A stretch of 61,650 nt of DNA, filler included, from Nemertoderma westbladi (taxonomy: Eukaryota; Animalia; Xenacoelomorpha): the NCBI GenBank assembly GCA_032718475.1. It is 2 parts of 2 records of this genome, joined end to end, with 100 filler letters (N's around TTAATTAATTAA, not from the genome) between each part and the next. Parts side by side here need not be neighbours in the genome. Positions count along the whole stretch, not along the records: positions 1 to 29,717 come from JAUCBJ010005096.1; positions 29,818 to 61,650 come from JAUCBJ010008873.1. One strand, given 5' to 3'. Shown here piece by piece: positions 23,283-37,249 of this stretch; the stretch's first letter is position 1; the number at the start of each line of letters is the position of its first letter. Position numbers and translations under genes: made by a program. The notes beneath the pieces were generated by a model that was not told the origin of the DNA, ran no database searches, and saw only the letters and a program-made list of their open reading frames with translations.

Positions 23283-24441
23283 TGTTCGCGCTTTCAGACC
23301 TTTAGCAGTTTAACCTGCCAATTTTAGGTGTCCTCTTGTTTATAAATCGACTTTAGCCTATAACAATTATTTAATGCACATGAAGTAACATTAGCCGAAG
23401 CCAGTCTATGCGCGATCATTCACCCACAGTTAAGGGAGACTGGATTCGGATGCTTTGACCTTATTGCGTTGCAGACCTACTGTATTATTCGATTGATTGT
23501 TACTATATAATCTCTGACAATATTATTCACTTTCAGGGAAATATTAACAGTTCCTTTAGGACGTGGCGCTTTAAGTATAAAACAGAGTTATGACTTATAC
23601 TAAACACAACGAGATGGCTAATGATTTTCGTAAATAGCGCATTCTTTAGGAGATGCTTTATTATCTGTCACACTACTGCACACGACTTCACACTGCTGCA
23701 CACTGATCTGCCGACCGTCACTGAATTTGACCATATATAAGGAGGATAGCAACTGACACATGTAGGGATTATGAAATAGCATTTAATGCACACTAAAATC
23801 ACTGTAATGTAAGTCGCAATTGCTACCGGTAACAGGTCCCTCTTACCTTCAGTAATCAAGAAGATTGGGGTTTTATGATTATTTATCGATATTCTCCAAA
23901 TATAACAACATATCCATCAACATACAATTAATAACAGACAGTAAAATAATGCAGTTTTATTATACAGCAATGTTTCAGGTCAGATGTGTGACCGTAGATG
24001 AGTTGAGTTCATCAGTCAGATAATAGATTTACGTTCTTGTAATCAAAGCCGTCTAATGTTGGCCAAAGTCTGAAACTTCTAACACAGAAGTACAGAATAA
24101 TTTCCAAGCAGTTGTTCTCGCTCAGAAAGGTAAACAAAGACCGTAATGCATTGCGCGGTTTTCCGTAGGCCTCTGTGCAAGATAAAATGAAAATCGCTCT
24201 GATTGGCCGAGCGAGCTGAACAAAGAAGTTCCACATCGACAGTAAATCAGCTGACAGATTTCGTCATCTGAACTACACTCTATTTAGAGTATTTGGCGTA
24301 TTGCGGCATAAAATGGCTTGTTATGTCCGCTAAAACACCTACAGGGTACATTGCGGAGAAAATGGCTTGTTATGTCCGCTAAAACAACTAAACAGTTCAT
24401 TGCGGAGAAAATGACTGGTTATATCCGCAAAAGCTTTTACA
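23283..24441 (-). mobile_element. Solo LTR (copy B)
   Basis: TG...CA termini, 5-bp TSD CCAGC (23278-23282 / 24442-24446). Confidence 0.88.
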
Positions 24442-24764
24442 CCAGCTACTTATGAGAAAAACACAATGTTCCAGAATATTGTGCATTTACTAAATGGCCT
24501 GCAGCGGAAGCAATTACCTGCAACATTCGAATGGCAATAAATATCTAAGGTATTTTTCATATATTTTTACATATTTGGAATCCTTGCATGGCCAACAAAT
24601 ACTGCAGTACATATGGATACATATACATATTGATAGGCATAAATATGTCCAAAAGTTAAGCTTGAAATTACAAAAAATAAAGTTTTAAATAATATGTATA
24701 ACAGCGCAAACAACAATCAGCGCCTGGCCTATTAGTAGCTGCAAGCAGGCTCCCAAACTACAGA

Positions 24765-27700
24765 CAATGGGTCAACAACGAACAACCCGTACCCTGGTAG
24801 CCAATGAGATGGTCAACAACGAACAACCCGTACCCTGGTAGCCAATGGGTCGACAACGAACAACCCGTACCCTGGTAGCCAATGGGTCGACAACGAACAA
24901 CCCATACCCTGGTAGCCAATGGGTCGACAACGAACAACCCGTACCCTGGTAGCCAATGAGATGGTCAACAACGAACAACCCGTACCCTGGTAGCCAATGG
25001 GTCGACAACGAACAACCCGTACCATGGTAGCCAATGGGTCGACAACGAACAACCCGTACCCTGGTAGCCAATGGGTCGACAACGAACAACCCGTACCATG
25101 GTAGCCAATGGGTCGACAACGAACAACCCGTACCCTGGTAGCCAATGGGTCGACAACGAACAACCCGTACCCTGGTAGCCAATGAGATGGTCAACAACGA
25201 ACAACCCGTACCCTGGTAGCCAATGAGATGGTCAACAACGAACAACCCGTACCCTGGTAGCCAATGGGTCGACAACGAACAACCCGTACCCTGGTAGCCA
25301 ATGGGTCAATAACGAACAACCCGTACCCTGGTAGCCAATGGGTCGACAACGAACAACCCGTACCCTGGTAGCCAATGGGTCGACAACGAACAACCCATAC
25401 CCTGGTAGCCAATGGGTCGACAACGAACAACCCGTACCCTGGTAGCCAATGAGATGGTCAACAACGAACAACCCGTACCCTGGTAGCCAATGGGTCAACA
25501 ACGAACAACCCGTACCCTGGTAGCCAATGAGATGGTCGACAACGAACAACCCGTACCCTGGTAGCCAATGAGATGGTCAACAACGAACAACCCGTACCCT
25601 GGTAGCCAATGGGTCGACAACGAACAACCCGTACCCTGGTAGCCAATGGGTCGACAACGAACAACCCGTACCCTGGTAGCCAATGAGATGATCAACAACG
25701 AACAACCCGTACCCTGGTAGCCAATGAGATGATCAACAACGAACAACCCGTACCCTGGTAGCCAATGGGTCGACAACGAACAACCCGTACCCTGGTAGCC
25801 AATGGGTCAACAACGAACAACCCGTACCCTGGTAGCCAATGAGATGGTCAACAACGAACAACCCGTACCCTGGTAGCCAATGAGATGGTCGACAACGAAC
25901 AACCCGTACCCTGGTAGCCAATGGGTCAATAACGAACAACCCGTACCCTGGTAGCCAATGGGTCGACAACGAACAACCCGTACCCTGGTAGCCAATGGGT
26001 CGACAACGAACAACCCGTAGCCTGGTAGCCAATGGGTCGACAACGAACAACCCGTACCCTGGTAGCCAATGAGATGGTCAACAACGAACAACCCGTACCC
26101 TGGTAGCCAATGGGTCGACAACGAACAACCCGTACCCTGGTAGCCAATGGGTCAACAACGAACAACCCGTACCCTGGTAGCCAATGGGTCGACAACGAAC
26201 AACCCGTACCCTGGTAGCCAATGGGTCGACAACGAACAAACCCGTACCCTGGTAGCCAATGGGTCAACAACGAACAACCCGTACCCTGGTAGCCAATGGG
26301 TCGACAACGAACAACCCGTACCCTGGTAGCCAATGGGTCGACAACGAACAACCCGTACCCTGGTAGCCAATGAGATGATCAACAACGAACAACCCGTACC
26401 CTGGTAGCCAATGAGATGGTCAACAACGAACAACCCGTACCCTGGTAGCCAATGAGATGATCAACAACGAACAACCCGTACCCTGGTAGCCAATGAGATG
26501 GTCAACAACGAACAACCCGTACCCTGGTAGCCAATGGGTCAACAACGAACAACCCGTACCCTGGTAGCCAATGAGATGGTCAACAACGAACAACCCGTAC
26601 CCTGGTAGCCAATGAGATGGTCAACAACGAACAACCCGTACCCTGGTAGCCAATGAGATGTCAACAACGAACAACCCGTACCCTGGTAGCCAATGAGATG
26701 GTCAACAACGAACAACCCGTACCCTGGTAGCCAATGAGATGGTCAACAACGAACAACCCGTACCCTGGTAGCCAATGAGATGTCAACAACGAACAACCCG
26801 TACCCTGGTAGCCAATGGGTCGACAACGAACAACCCGTACCCTGGTAGCCAATGGGTCGACAACGAACAACCCGTACCCTGGTAGCCAATGGGTCGACAA
26901 CGAACAACCCGTACCCTGGTAGCCAATGGGTCAACAACGAACAACCCGTACCCTGGTAGCCAATGGGTCAACAACGAACAACCCGTACCCTGGTAGCCAA
27001 TGGGTCAACAACGAACAACCCGTACCCTGGTAGCCAATGGGTCAACAACGAACAACCCATACCCTGGTAGCCAATGGGTCAACAACGAACAACCCGTACC
27101 CTGGTAGCCAATGGGTCGACAACGAACAACCCGTACCCTGGTAGCCAATGGGTCAACAACGAACAACCCGTACCCTGGTAGCCAATGGGTCGACAACGAA
27201 CAACCCGTACCCTGGTAGCCAATGGGTCGACAACGAACAACCCGTACCCTGGTAGCCAATGGGTCAACAACGAACAACCCATACCCTGGTAGCCAATGAG
27301 ATGGTCAACAACGAACAACCCGTACCCTGGTAGCCAATGGGTCAACAACGAACAACCCGTACCCTGGTAGCCAATGGGTCGACAACGAACAACCCGTACC
27401 CTGGTAGCCAATGGGTCAACAACGAACAACCCGTACCCTGGTAGCCAATGAGATGGTCAACAACGAACAACCCGTACCCTGGTAGCCAATGGGTCAACAA
27501 CGAACAACCCGTACCCTGGTAGCCAATGGGTCGACAACGAACAACCCGTACCCTGGTAGCCAATGGGTCAACAACGAACAACCCGTACCCTGGTAGCCAA
27601 TGAGATGGTCAACAACGAACAACCCGTACCCTGGTAGCCAATGGGTCAACAACGAACAACCCATACCCTGGTAGCCAATGGGTCGACAACGAACAACCCG

Positions 27701-29717
27701 TACCCTGGTAGCCAATGAGGTCAACAACGAACAACCCATACCCTGGTAGCCAATGGGTCGACAACGAACAACCCGTACCCTGGTAGCCAATGAGATGGTC
27801 AACAACGAACAACCCGTACCCTGGTAGCCAATGGGTCGACAACGAACAACCCGTACCCTGGTAGCCAATGGGTCGACAACGAACAACCCGTACCCTGGTA
27901 GCCAATGAGATGGTCAACAACGAACAACCCGTACCCTGGTAGCCAATGGGTCGACAACGAACAACCCGTACCCTGGTAGCCAATGAGATGGTCAACAACG
28001 AACAACCCGTACCCTGGTAGCCAATGGGTCGACAACGAACAACCCGTACCCTGGTAGCCAATGAGATGGTCAACAACGAACAACCCGTACCCTGGTAGCC
28101 AATGGGTCAACAACGAACAACCCGTACCCTGGTAGCCAATGGGTCGACAACGAACAACCCGTACCCTGGTAGCCAATGGGTCAACAACGAACAACCCGTA
28201 CCCTGGTAGCCAATGGGTCGACAACGAACAACCCGTACCCTGGTAGCCAATGGGTCAACAACGAACAACCCGTACCCTGGTAGCCAATGGGTCAACAACG
28301 AACAACCCGTACCCTGGTAGCCAATGGGTCAACAACGAACAACCCGTACCCTGGTAGCCAATGGGTCGACAACGAACAACCCGTACCCTGGTAGCCAATG
28401 GGTCAACAACGAACAACCCGTACCCTGGTAGCCAATGGGTCGACAACGAACAACCCGTACCCTGGTAGCCAATGGGTCGACAACGAACAACCCGTACCCT
28501 GGTAGCCAATGGGGTCAACAACGAACAACCCGTACCCTGGTAGCCAATGGGTCGACAACGAACAACCCGTACCCTGGTAGCCAATGGGTCGACAACGAAC
28601 AACCCGTACCCTGGTAGCCAATGGGTCGACAACGAACAACCCGTACCCTGGTAGCCAATGAGATGGTCAACAACGAACAACCCGTACCCTGGTAGCCAAT
28701 GGGTCGACAACGAACAACCCGTACCCTGGTAGCCAATGGGTCGACAACGAACAACCCGTACCCTGGTAGCCAATGGGTCAACAACGAACAACCCGTACCC
28801 TGGTAGCCAATGGGGTCAACAACGAACAACCCGTACCCTGGTAGCCAATGGGTCGACAACGAACAACCCGTACCCTGGTAGCCAATGAGATGGTCAACAA
28901 CGAACAACCCGTACCCTGGTAGCCAATGGGTCAACAACGAACAACCCATACCCTGGTAGCCAATGGGTCAACAACGAACAACCCGTACCCTGGTAGCCAA
29001 TGGGTCAACAACGAACAACCCGTACCCTGGTAGCCAATGGGTCGACAACGAACAACCCGTACCCTGGTAGCCAATGGGTCTACAACGAACAACCCGTACC
29101 CTGGTAGCCAATGGGTCAACAACGAACAACCCATACCCTGGTAGCCAATGGGTCAACAACGAACAACCCGTACCCTGGTAGCCAATGGGTCAACAACGAA
29201 CAACCCGTACCCTGGTAGCCAATGGGTCGACAACGAACAACCCGTACCCTGGTAGCCAATGGGTCGACAACGAACAACCCGTACCCTGGTAGCCAATGGG
29301 TCAACAACGAACAACCCGTACCCTGGTAGCCAATGAGATGGTCAACAACGAACAACCCGTACCCTGGTAGCCAATGGGTCAACAACGAACAACCCGTACC
29401 CTGGTAGCCAATGGGTCAACAACGAACAACCCATACCCTGGTAGCCAATGGGTCAACAACGAACAACCCGTACCCTGGTAGCCAATGGGTCGACAACGAA
29501 CAACCCGTACCATGGTAGCCAATGGGTCGACAACGAACAACCCGTACCCTGGTAGCCAATGGGTCAACAACGAACAACCCGTACCCTGGTAGCCAATGGG
29601 TCGACAACGAACAACCCGTACCCTGGTAGCCAATGGGTCAACAACGAACAACCCATACCCTGGTAGCCAATGGGTCAACAACGAACAACCCGTACCCTGG
29701 TAGCCAATGGGTCGACA
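24765..29717. repeat. 37/41-bp satellite, roughly 130 units, running into the gap
   Basis: GGGTC(G/A)ACAACGAACAACCCGTACCCTGGTAGCCAAT with a +4 variant (GAGATGGTC). Confidence 0.98.
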
Positions 29718-29817
29718 NNNNNNNNNNNNNNNNNNNNNNNNNNNNNNNNNNNNNNNNNNNNTTAATTAATTAANNNNNNNNNNNNNNNNNNNNNNNNNNN
29801 NNNNNNNNNNNNNNNNN
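29718..29817. other. Artificial scaffold gap with six-frame stop linker
   Basis: 44 N + TTAATTAATTAA + 44 N = 100 bp. Confidence 0.95.
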
Positions 29818-32800
29818 ATAAAATAGGACATGGGGTCTATTCCCTCAGATACTACCTAGCATTTAGGGCCACTTGGGCCACTGTTAGTACTCAGGCACTA
29901 GGCCCATCAAAAAACACAAAACAAAATACCAAATCGATTTTAGTGCTACATAAACCCAACCCAACTACCACAAGAAAAATTGCACCAAACCATACAGTAA
30001 CTACAGGTTCCGGTAAGTATTGCACGAAATAGGCTATCCCATAAATTACGAAAAATATAGGACATTTTGTCCGCCGAAAAAGGTAAGTCTAAGTAATAAA
30101 TTTTATAAAAATAAAAGGGTTTCGGAGATTTAAACACTGAACCCTGGGATTCGTGGTTCTCCTCATCAGCAGTGTGCCACGAACCCCACCTCTACCCTAA
30201 CAAAACTGCACCACTAAATTAAGATAATGACCAATAAATTAGAAATCCTACCGTACCACCGAACAGAGTTGAAACCACCCACCCCCAATGTATGTTACCA
30301 TCAGCCCCAAATGCATAAACATGATTTCCCAACTGAATGCAACCAACCCCAATTAGCACCTACCGGTATGTACAGATATATGATCAGATTTTTAAACAAA
30401 ATTGCGCAGATGTCAGGAAATACCCCTTTAAATATATAATTATATGATGTTGACAACTACGACTTTAGAGGGATTGTAATATTCATATTAAAACAATAAA
30501 ATAGGACATGGGGTCTATTCCCTCAGATACTACCTAGCATTTAGGGCCACTTGGGCCACTGTTAGTACTCAGGCACTAGGCCCATCAAAAAACACAAAAC
30601 AAAATACCAAATCGATTTTAGTGCTACATAAACCCAACCCAACTACCACAAGAAAAATTGCACCAAACCATACAGTAACTACAGGTTCCGGTAAGTATTG
30701 CACGAAATAGGCTATCCCATAAATTACGAAAAATATAGGACATTTTGTCCGCCGAAAAAGGTAAGTCTAAGTAATAAATTTTATAAAAATAAAAGGGTTT
30801 CGGAGATTTAAACACTGAACCCTGGGATTCGTGGTTCTCCTCATCAGCAGTGTGCCACGAACCCCACCTCTACCCTAACAAAACTGCACCACTAAATTAA
30901 GATAATGACCAATAAATTAGAAATCCTACCGTACCACCGAACAGAGTTGAAACCACCCACCCCCAATGTATGTTACCATCAGCCCCAAATGCATAAACAT
31001 GATTTCCCAACTGAATGCAACCAACCCCAATTAGCACCTACCGGTATGTACAGATATATGATCAGATTTTTAAACAAAATTGCGCAGATGTCAGGAAATA
31101 CCCCTTTAAATATATAATTATATGATGTTGACAACTACGACTTTAGAGGGATTGTAATATTCATATTAAAACAATAAAATAGGACATGGGGTCTATTCCC
31201 TCAGATACTACCTAGCATTTAGGGCCACTTGGGCCACTGTTAGTACTCAGGCACTAGGCCCATCAAAAAACACAAAACAAAATACCAAATCGATTTTAGT
31301 GCTACATAAACCCAACCCAACTACCACAAGAAAAATTGCACCAAACCATACAGTAACTACAGGTTCCGGTAAGTATTGCACGAAATAGGCTATCCCATAA
31401 ATTACGAAAAATATAGGACATTTTGTCCGCCGAAAAAGGTAAGTCTAAGTAATAAATTTTATAAAAATAAAAGGGTTTCGGAGATTTAAACACTGAACCC
31501 TGGGATTCGTGGTTCTCCTCATCAGCAGTGTGCCACGAACCCCACCTCTACCCTAACAAAACTGCACCACTAAATTAAGATAATGACCAATAAATTAGAA
31601 ATCCTACCGTACCACCGAACAGAGTTGAAACCACCCACCCCCAATGTATGTTACCATCAGCCCCAAATGCATAAACATGATTTCCCAACTGAATGCAACC
31701 AACCCCAATTAGCACCTACCGGTATGTACAGATATATGATCAGATTTTTAAACAAAATTGCGCAGATGTCAGGAAATACCCCTTTAAATATATAATTATA
31801 TGATGTTGACAACTACGACTTTAGAGGGATTGTAATATTCATATTAAAACAATAAAATAGGACATGGGGTCTATTCCCTCAGATACTACCTAGCATTTAG
31901 GGCCACTTGGGCCACTGTTAGTACTCAGGCACTAGGCCCATCAAAAAACACAAAACAAAATACCAAATCGATTTTAGTGCTACATAAACCCAACCCAACT
32001 ACCACAAGAAAAATTGCACCAAACCATACAGTAACTACAGGTTCCGGTAAGTATTGCACGAAATAGGCTATCCCATAAATTACGAAAAATATAGGACATT
32101 TTGTCCGCCGAAAAAGGTAAGTCTAAGTAATAAATTTTATAAAAATAAAAGGGTTTCGGAGATTTAAACACTGAACCCTGGGATTCGTGGTTCTCCTCAT
32201 CAGCAGTGTGCCACGAACCCCACCTCTACCCTAACAAAACTGCACCACTAAATTAAGATAATGACCAATAAATTAGAAATCCTACCGTACCACCGAACAG
32301 AGTTGAAACCACCCACCCCCAATGTATGTTACCATCAGCCCCAAATGCATAAACATGATTTCCCAACTGAATGCAACCAACCCCAATTAGCACCTACCGG
32401 TATGTACAGATATATGATCAGATTTTTAAACAAAATTGCGCAGATGTCAGGAAATACCCCTTTAAATATATAATTATATGATGTTGACAACTACGACTTT
32501 AGAGGGATTGTAATATTCATATTAAAACAATAAAATAGGACATGGGGTCTATTCCCTCAGATACTACCTAGCATTTAGGGCCACTTGGGCCACTGTTAGT
32601 ACTCAGGCACTAGGCCCATCAAAAAACACAAAACAAAATACCAAATCGATTTTAGTGCTACATAAACCCAACCCAACTACCACAAGAAAAATTGCACCAA
32701 ACCATACAGTAACTACAGGTTCCGGTAAGTATTGCACGAAATAGGCTATCCCATAAATTACGAAAAATATAGGACATTTTGTCCGCCGAAAAAGGTAAGT

Positions 32801-33723
32801 CTAAGTAATAAATTTTATAAAAATAAAAGGGTTTCGGAGATTTAAACACTGAACCCTGGGATTCGTGGTTCTCCTCATCAGCAGTGTGCCACGAACCCCA
32901 CCTCTACCCTAACAAAACTGCACCACTAAATTAAGATAATGACCAATAAATTAGAAATCCTACCGTACCACCGAACAGAGTTGAAACCACCCACCCCCAA
33001 TGTATGTTACCATCAGCCCCAAATGCATAAACATGATTTCCCAACTGAATGCAACCAACCCCAATTAGCACCTACCGGTATGTACAGATATATGATCAGA
33101 TTTTTAAACAAAATTGCGCAGATGTCAGGAAATACCCCTTTAAATATATAATTATATGATGTTGACAACTACGACTTTAGAGGGATTGTAATATTCATAT
33201 TAAAACAATAAAATAGGACATGGGGTCTATTCCCTCAGATACTACCTAGCATTTAGGGCCACTTGGGCCACTGTTAGTACTCAGGCACTAGGCCCATCAA
33301 AAAACACAAAACAAAATACCAAATCGATTTTAGTGCTACATAAACCCAACCCAACTACCACAAGAAAAATTGCACCAAACCATACAGTAACTACAGGTTC
33401 CGGTAAGTATTGCACGAAATAGGCTATCCCATAAATTACGAAAAATATAGGACATTTTGTCCGCCGAAAAAGGTAAGTCTAAGTAATAAATTTTATAAAA
33501 ATAAAAGGGTTTCGGAGATTTAAACACTGAACCCTGGGATTCGTGGTTCTCCTCATCAGCAGTGTGCCACGAACCCCACCTCTACCCTAACAAAACTGCA
33601 CCACTAAATTAAGATAATGACCAATAAATTAGAAATCCTACCGTACCACCGAACAGAGTTGAAACCACCCACCCCCAATGTATGTTACCATCAGCCCCAA
33701 ATGCATAAACATGATTTCCCAAC
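29818..33723. repeat. 678-bp tandem array, about 5.8 apparently identical units
   Basis: Identical short ORFs recur every 678 bp in the ORF track; no differences seen by eye. Confidence 0.97.
30120..30175 (-). ncRNA. Degenerate hammerhead-ribozyme-like motif (recurs every 678 bp, 6 copies)
   Basis: Minus strand ACACTG-CTGATGA-GGAGAACCAC-GAAT-CCCAGGG-TT-CAGTGT-TTAAATCTCC-GAAA. Confidence 0.45.
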
Positions 33724-34440
33724 CAGAATCGTGCTCACGGCTCTCACCATTGCGTTATTTTAACGGGTCGCTTTATTTCCAAAATTTTGTGTATGTTATG
33801 GGGTCATTCAAGTATTACCGTCATCACTTGGGTTGGGTGGGCTTGGGCTGGGTGATGACCCATGATTATGGGGGGGGGGGGGGGGGGGGGGTGGGTCCCT
33901 CGCCAACTGAATGTGACAGTCATCATTTGCATATTAAATTTATTAATGAAACTATTTGGGAGGGGGAGGAGTTGGAGAAAAAATTCATTGCTTTCCAGCA
34001 AAATTGGAATCGGAACCTCTCTCACAAAGTGAGTGTTTGATGTTTGATGGTGAAAATAATAATTATTTATTAATAATAATTAATTTTTATTATCTCAACT
34101 TAAACTTTACCCATTACAGAATCGCGCTCAGGGCTCTCACCATTGCGTTTTTTTAACGGGTCGCTTTATTTCCAAAATTTTGTGTATGTTATGGGGTCAT
34201 TCAAGTATTACCGTCATCACTTGGGTTGGGTGGGCTTGGGCTGGGTGATGACCCATGATTATGGGGGGGGGGGGGGTGGGTCCCTCGCCAACTGAATGTG
34301 ACAGTCATCATTTGCATATTAAATTTATTAATGAAACTATTTGGGAGGGGGAGGAGTTGGAGAAAAAATTAATTGCTTTCCAGCAAAATTGGAATCGGAA
34401 CCTCTCTCACAAAGTGATGTGTTTGATGGTGAAAATAATA
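33724..34440. repeat. Direct tandem duplication, 393-bp period
   Basis: CAGAATCG(T/C)GCTCA... begins at 33724 and 34117; each copy has a G-run. Confidence 0.9.
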
Positions 34441-34589
34441 ATTCTAATTCAAAGAGTTTATGAAAGTTACGAAATTTGAAATCCGTTAACAATTTTGGAA
34501 TAAGAATAAATTCGTTAAGATACTATTGCTACTTTATTAATTAAACGATAAACATTAATTACATGTTTGTATGACATACTGGCAGAGCG

Positions 34590-34750
34590 CAGATTGGCAG
34601 AGCAGAGCGTGGAACTTGGAATCTCTAGGTAAGGAGTTCAATCTCCCATTCCGGTGAATCTATTTTTGTTGTAAGATTGGTATTAAGCCATTCAAGGAGA
34701 CATTTCATGCGTTAGTAGACACGGACCTTTGCGCGATTATGGGTTTGTTT
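34590..34750 (+). mobile_element. tRNA-derived SINE, uninterrupted copy
   Basis: Colinear with 15580-15704 plus 17246-17280. Confidence 0.75.
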
Positions 34751-34899
34751 AATATATCGGCTCCATGTCAACGATGTATTTTGATTTTAACATAATAAAC
34801 CCAACAGTATTCCCTAACTAATTCTAACTTATACCCTGAAATAATTTCTATCATGTTCATATTTATAAACTTAAAATTCTAAAAATCATTTCGTTTTGA

Positions 34900-35400
34900 A
34901 TTGCATGAGAAAGTTAAGTGGCCGTTTTCATGGCTGGTTTTTCCATATGATCTCTGATTATTTTGTCAAACTCTGAAGTATATCGAAGCAATGCCAAAAA
35001 GTTTCCTGGATTTTTCCCTCACAACCATAAGTTTTCCCTTTCCCCACCCTGTAAAGCAATTTTCCCTGCTTGCCACAATAAACAAGGCTTTTGATTATAT
35101 GCTCAATAATATCCCTAATTTTTCTTACTATTTCTAGAGATACCCTGTATAGTTTCCCTTCAACACCCTTTTCAGGTTTGTCAACTGAAGCACGGAAGTG
35201 CTCAGCTGCTGCAACTGAGTCACCATGATAGGTTGTTTTTGCGTGATTCGGTAACACTTTGTTCAGCTTTCGCCATTTATTAAAGGGCCTGCTTACTAAA
35301 TTCGCACCTCCTCCCTTACCCCTTTCCAACGGATGCCCAGAGAATAGTTCACATGGAACACAGTCCATGTGCAAGACTGCGAACCTCTTCAATGGACATC
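34900..35400 (-). pseudogene. hAT transposase remnant (PRKRIR/ZMYM1-like, DUF4371 region)
   Basis: CVPCELF...PFNKWRK...HAKTTYH...IIKSLVYCGKQG pattern, then a frameshift. Confidence 0.7.
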
Positions 35401-35574
35401 GCAGCAGTTACTACTTTGCCATTATTGTCTGGCTGAGGATATCCAACATCAACCGTTGTTGGATTTGCAATTGAAGTGACGGTGTCATTGGACTTGGACA
35501 TGGACTAAGGGGATACTGGTAGTTGGCGTATGTACAGTAGTACAGTAGTAGAACTATATAGCCTTTGCCTAAAC

Positions 35575-36030
35575 GGCACTTATACAACATGGGTACTTAC
35601 ATTTTCATTTTTTTATGTGTATTTTATGTAAAACAGTACTGGTACGCATTGTACATTTATTAATCATATATATATGATAATAAATGTACAATGCGTACTG
35701 GTACTGTTTTACATTAAATACACATAAAAAAATGAAAATGTAAGAAAATGAATTTTTTTCTAGAACATGTTTTGGAAAAAAATGTATATGTTACATTTTT
35801 TTCCAAAACATGTTCTAGAAAAAAATTGTTCTAGAACACAAACTTTTATCAAATTTGATAACTAACACGTCTATAACATTTATAAAAAAAGTATAAAAAA
35901 GTAGTTAGTATAAAAAATAAAAATGTACTCTAGAACAAAAAAAAATTGTTCTAGAATAAAAACATTTATCAAGATTGATAGCTTACACGTAATTTGAAAA
36001 TGTAGGTACCCATGTCATCGTATAAGTGCC
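35575..36030. mobile_element. MITE with 8-bp TSD and internal hairpins
   Basis: TIR GGCACTTATAC...GTATAAGTGCC, TSD GCCTAAAC (35567-35574 / 36031-36038). Confidence 0.82.
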
Positions 36031-36379
36031 GCCTAAACTATGGTATCAGAGAGTTCAGAATGCACAAGATATGAGGTGCAATAAAAAATAAAACCTGGAG
36101 GTGGTTAGGGTTACAGTTACCTGAACGTGAACAGGTAGGCCTAAACCGTTAAAAACGCAGAACTTTGATGATTAGTTCCAGTTACCATACCCATACAGCT
36201 AAACATAGATTTTGGGCAATCGCATCTTACAGCCTATAATAATTCAGGAAAATCGGCTGATTATAACAAAATCAAGACAGCTATTTAGTATAAAAGTATA
36301 CAGGAAGTACTGTAGGACAGTTATTCCAGTCAAAATAGGCGAAAAAAGGGCTCAACCTCGGACAAATTGCAACATAAAT

Positions 36380-36670
36380 TAATTTAATATTTTCTAGGCC
36401 CAAATTTTATGCTTATCAACATATCCAAAATCGGCCCAAATCGGGTTGTTGGAACTTGGTTAAATAGACCATTTCACCATGGCAACAGAAGTCATACATA
36501 AATCACCCATTTCCTATAATCCTTAGGAATTCTAACCTTGACCTACTCCACCCAAATCACTATCGGAGAATCCGATGGGGCACTTTTTGAAACCCGGTTA
36601 CCATGACAACTATGAGAATTACATCGTCGAATTTAATTGTACAGTAAATTTATGAAATTTTGGAAACGTA
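36380..36670 (+). repeat. Dispersed copy of the outer left segment of the 41-45 kb element
   Basis: Colinear with about 40985-41260. Confidence 0.85.
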
Positions 36671-37249
36671 TAGGAAGGAGATAAACCCATATTAATGCAG
36701 GGGCTTACAGTAATTGGGGAAGAAGGGCCAGTAAGTAAACACCCAAAGAAAGTATCAACTATAGTAGGAGCATTTGGATACCGATAATAGGTACATGTAA
36801 TAACAATGAACCATTGCCAAAAATACAGCCATGGCCATGTACAGCAATGGTTCATCTTAAATACAGCGAACACCGTCGAAATAAGGTTACAAGATCATTT
36901 CATTATTAATACAGTATGTATTAGGGCTCGACCAAACATGTTCGGCTCCAGTACCAATTCAGCAATTACCTTACCATTACCATTACCTAGGTCAGGTACA
37001 ATGGCCTTCAGTTTACTGCATACCGGGTTAACTGACTCAGAGTCTGGCTCTGAATATTCGCCAATGGAATTTGACTCAGTATCAGACCTCTCGGAATCTG
37101 ACCACAGCATTGAGCTGGTCATGGACGTTTTGGGAATGGGAGACATAACCAGTGGTGACGGTGAAAGAATAGAAGGCCTACCACCCCTGGTAAATGTAAA
37201 CGCCAGCACCAGTACCAGCAACAAATTTAAACGGGGCACCAGTGTCAGT

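Noticed and set aside
24765-29717. CRISPR array (37-bp repeats)
   Set aside because: Units are contiguous with no unique spacers, there are no cas genes, and the context is eukaryotic
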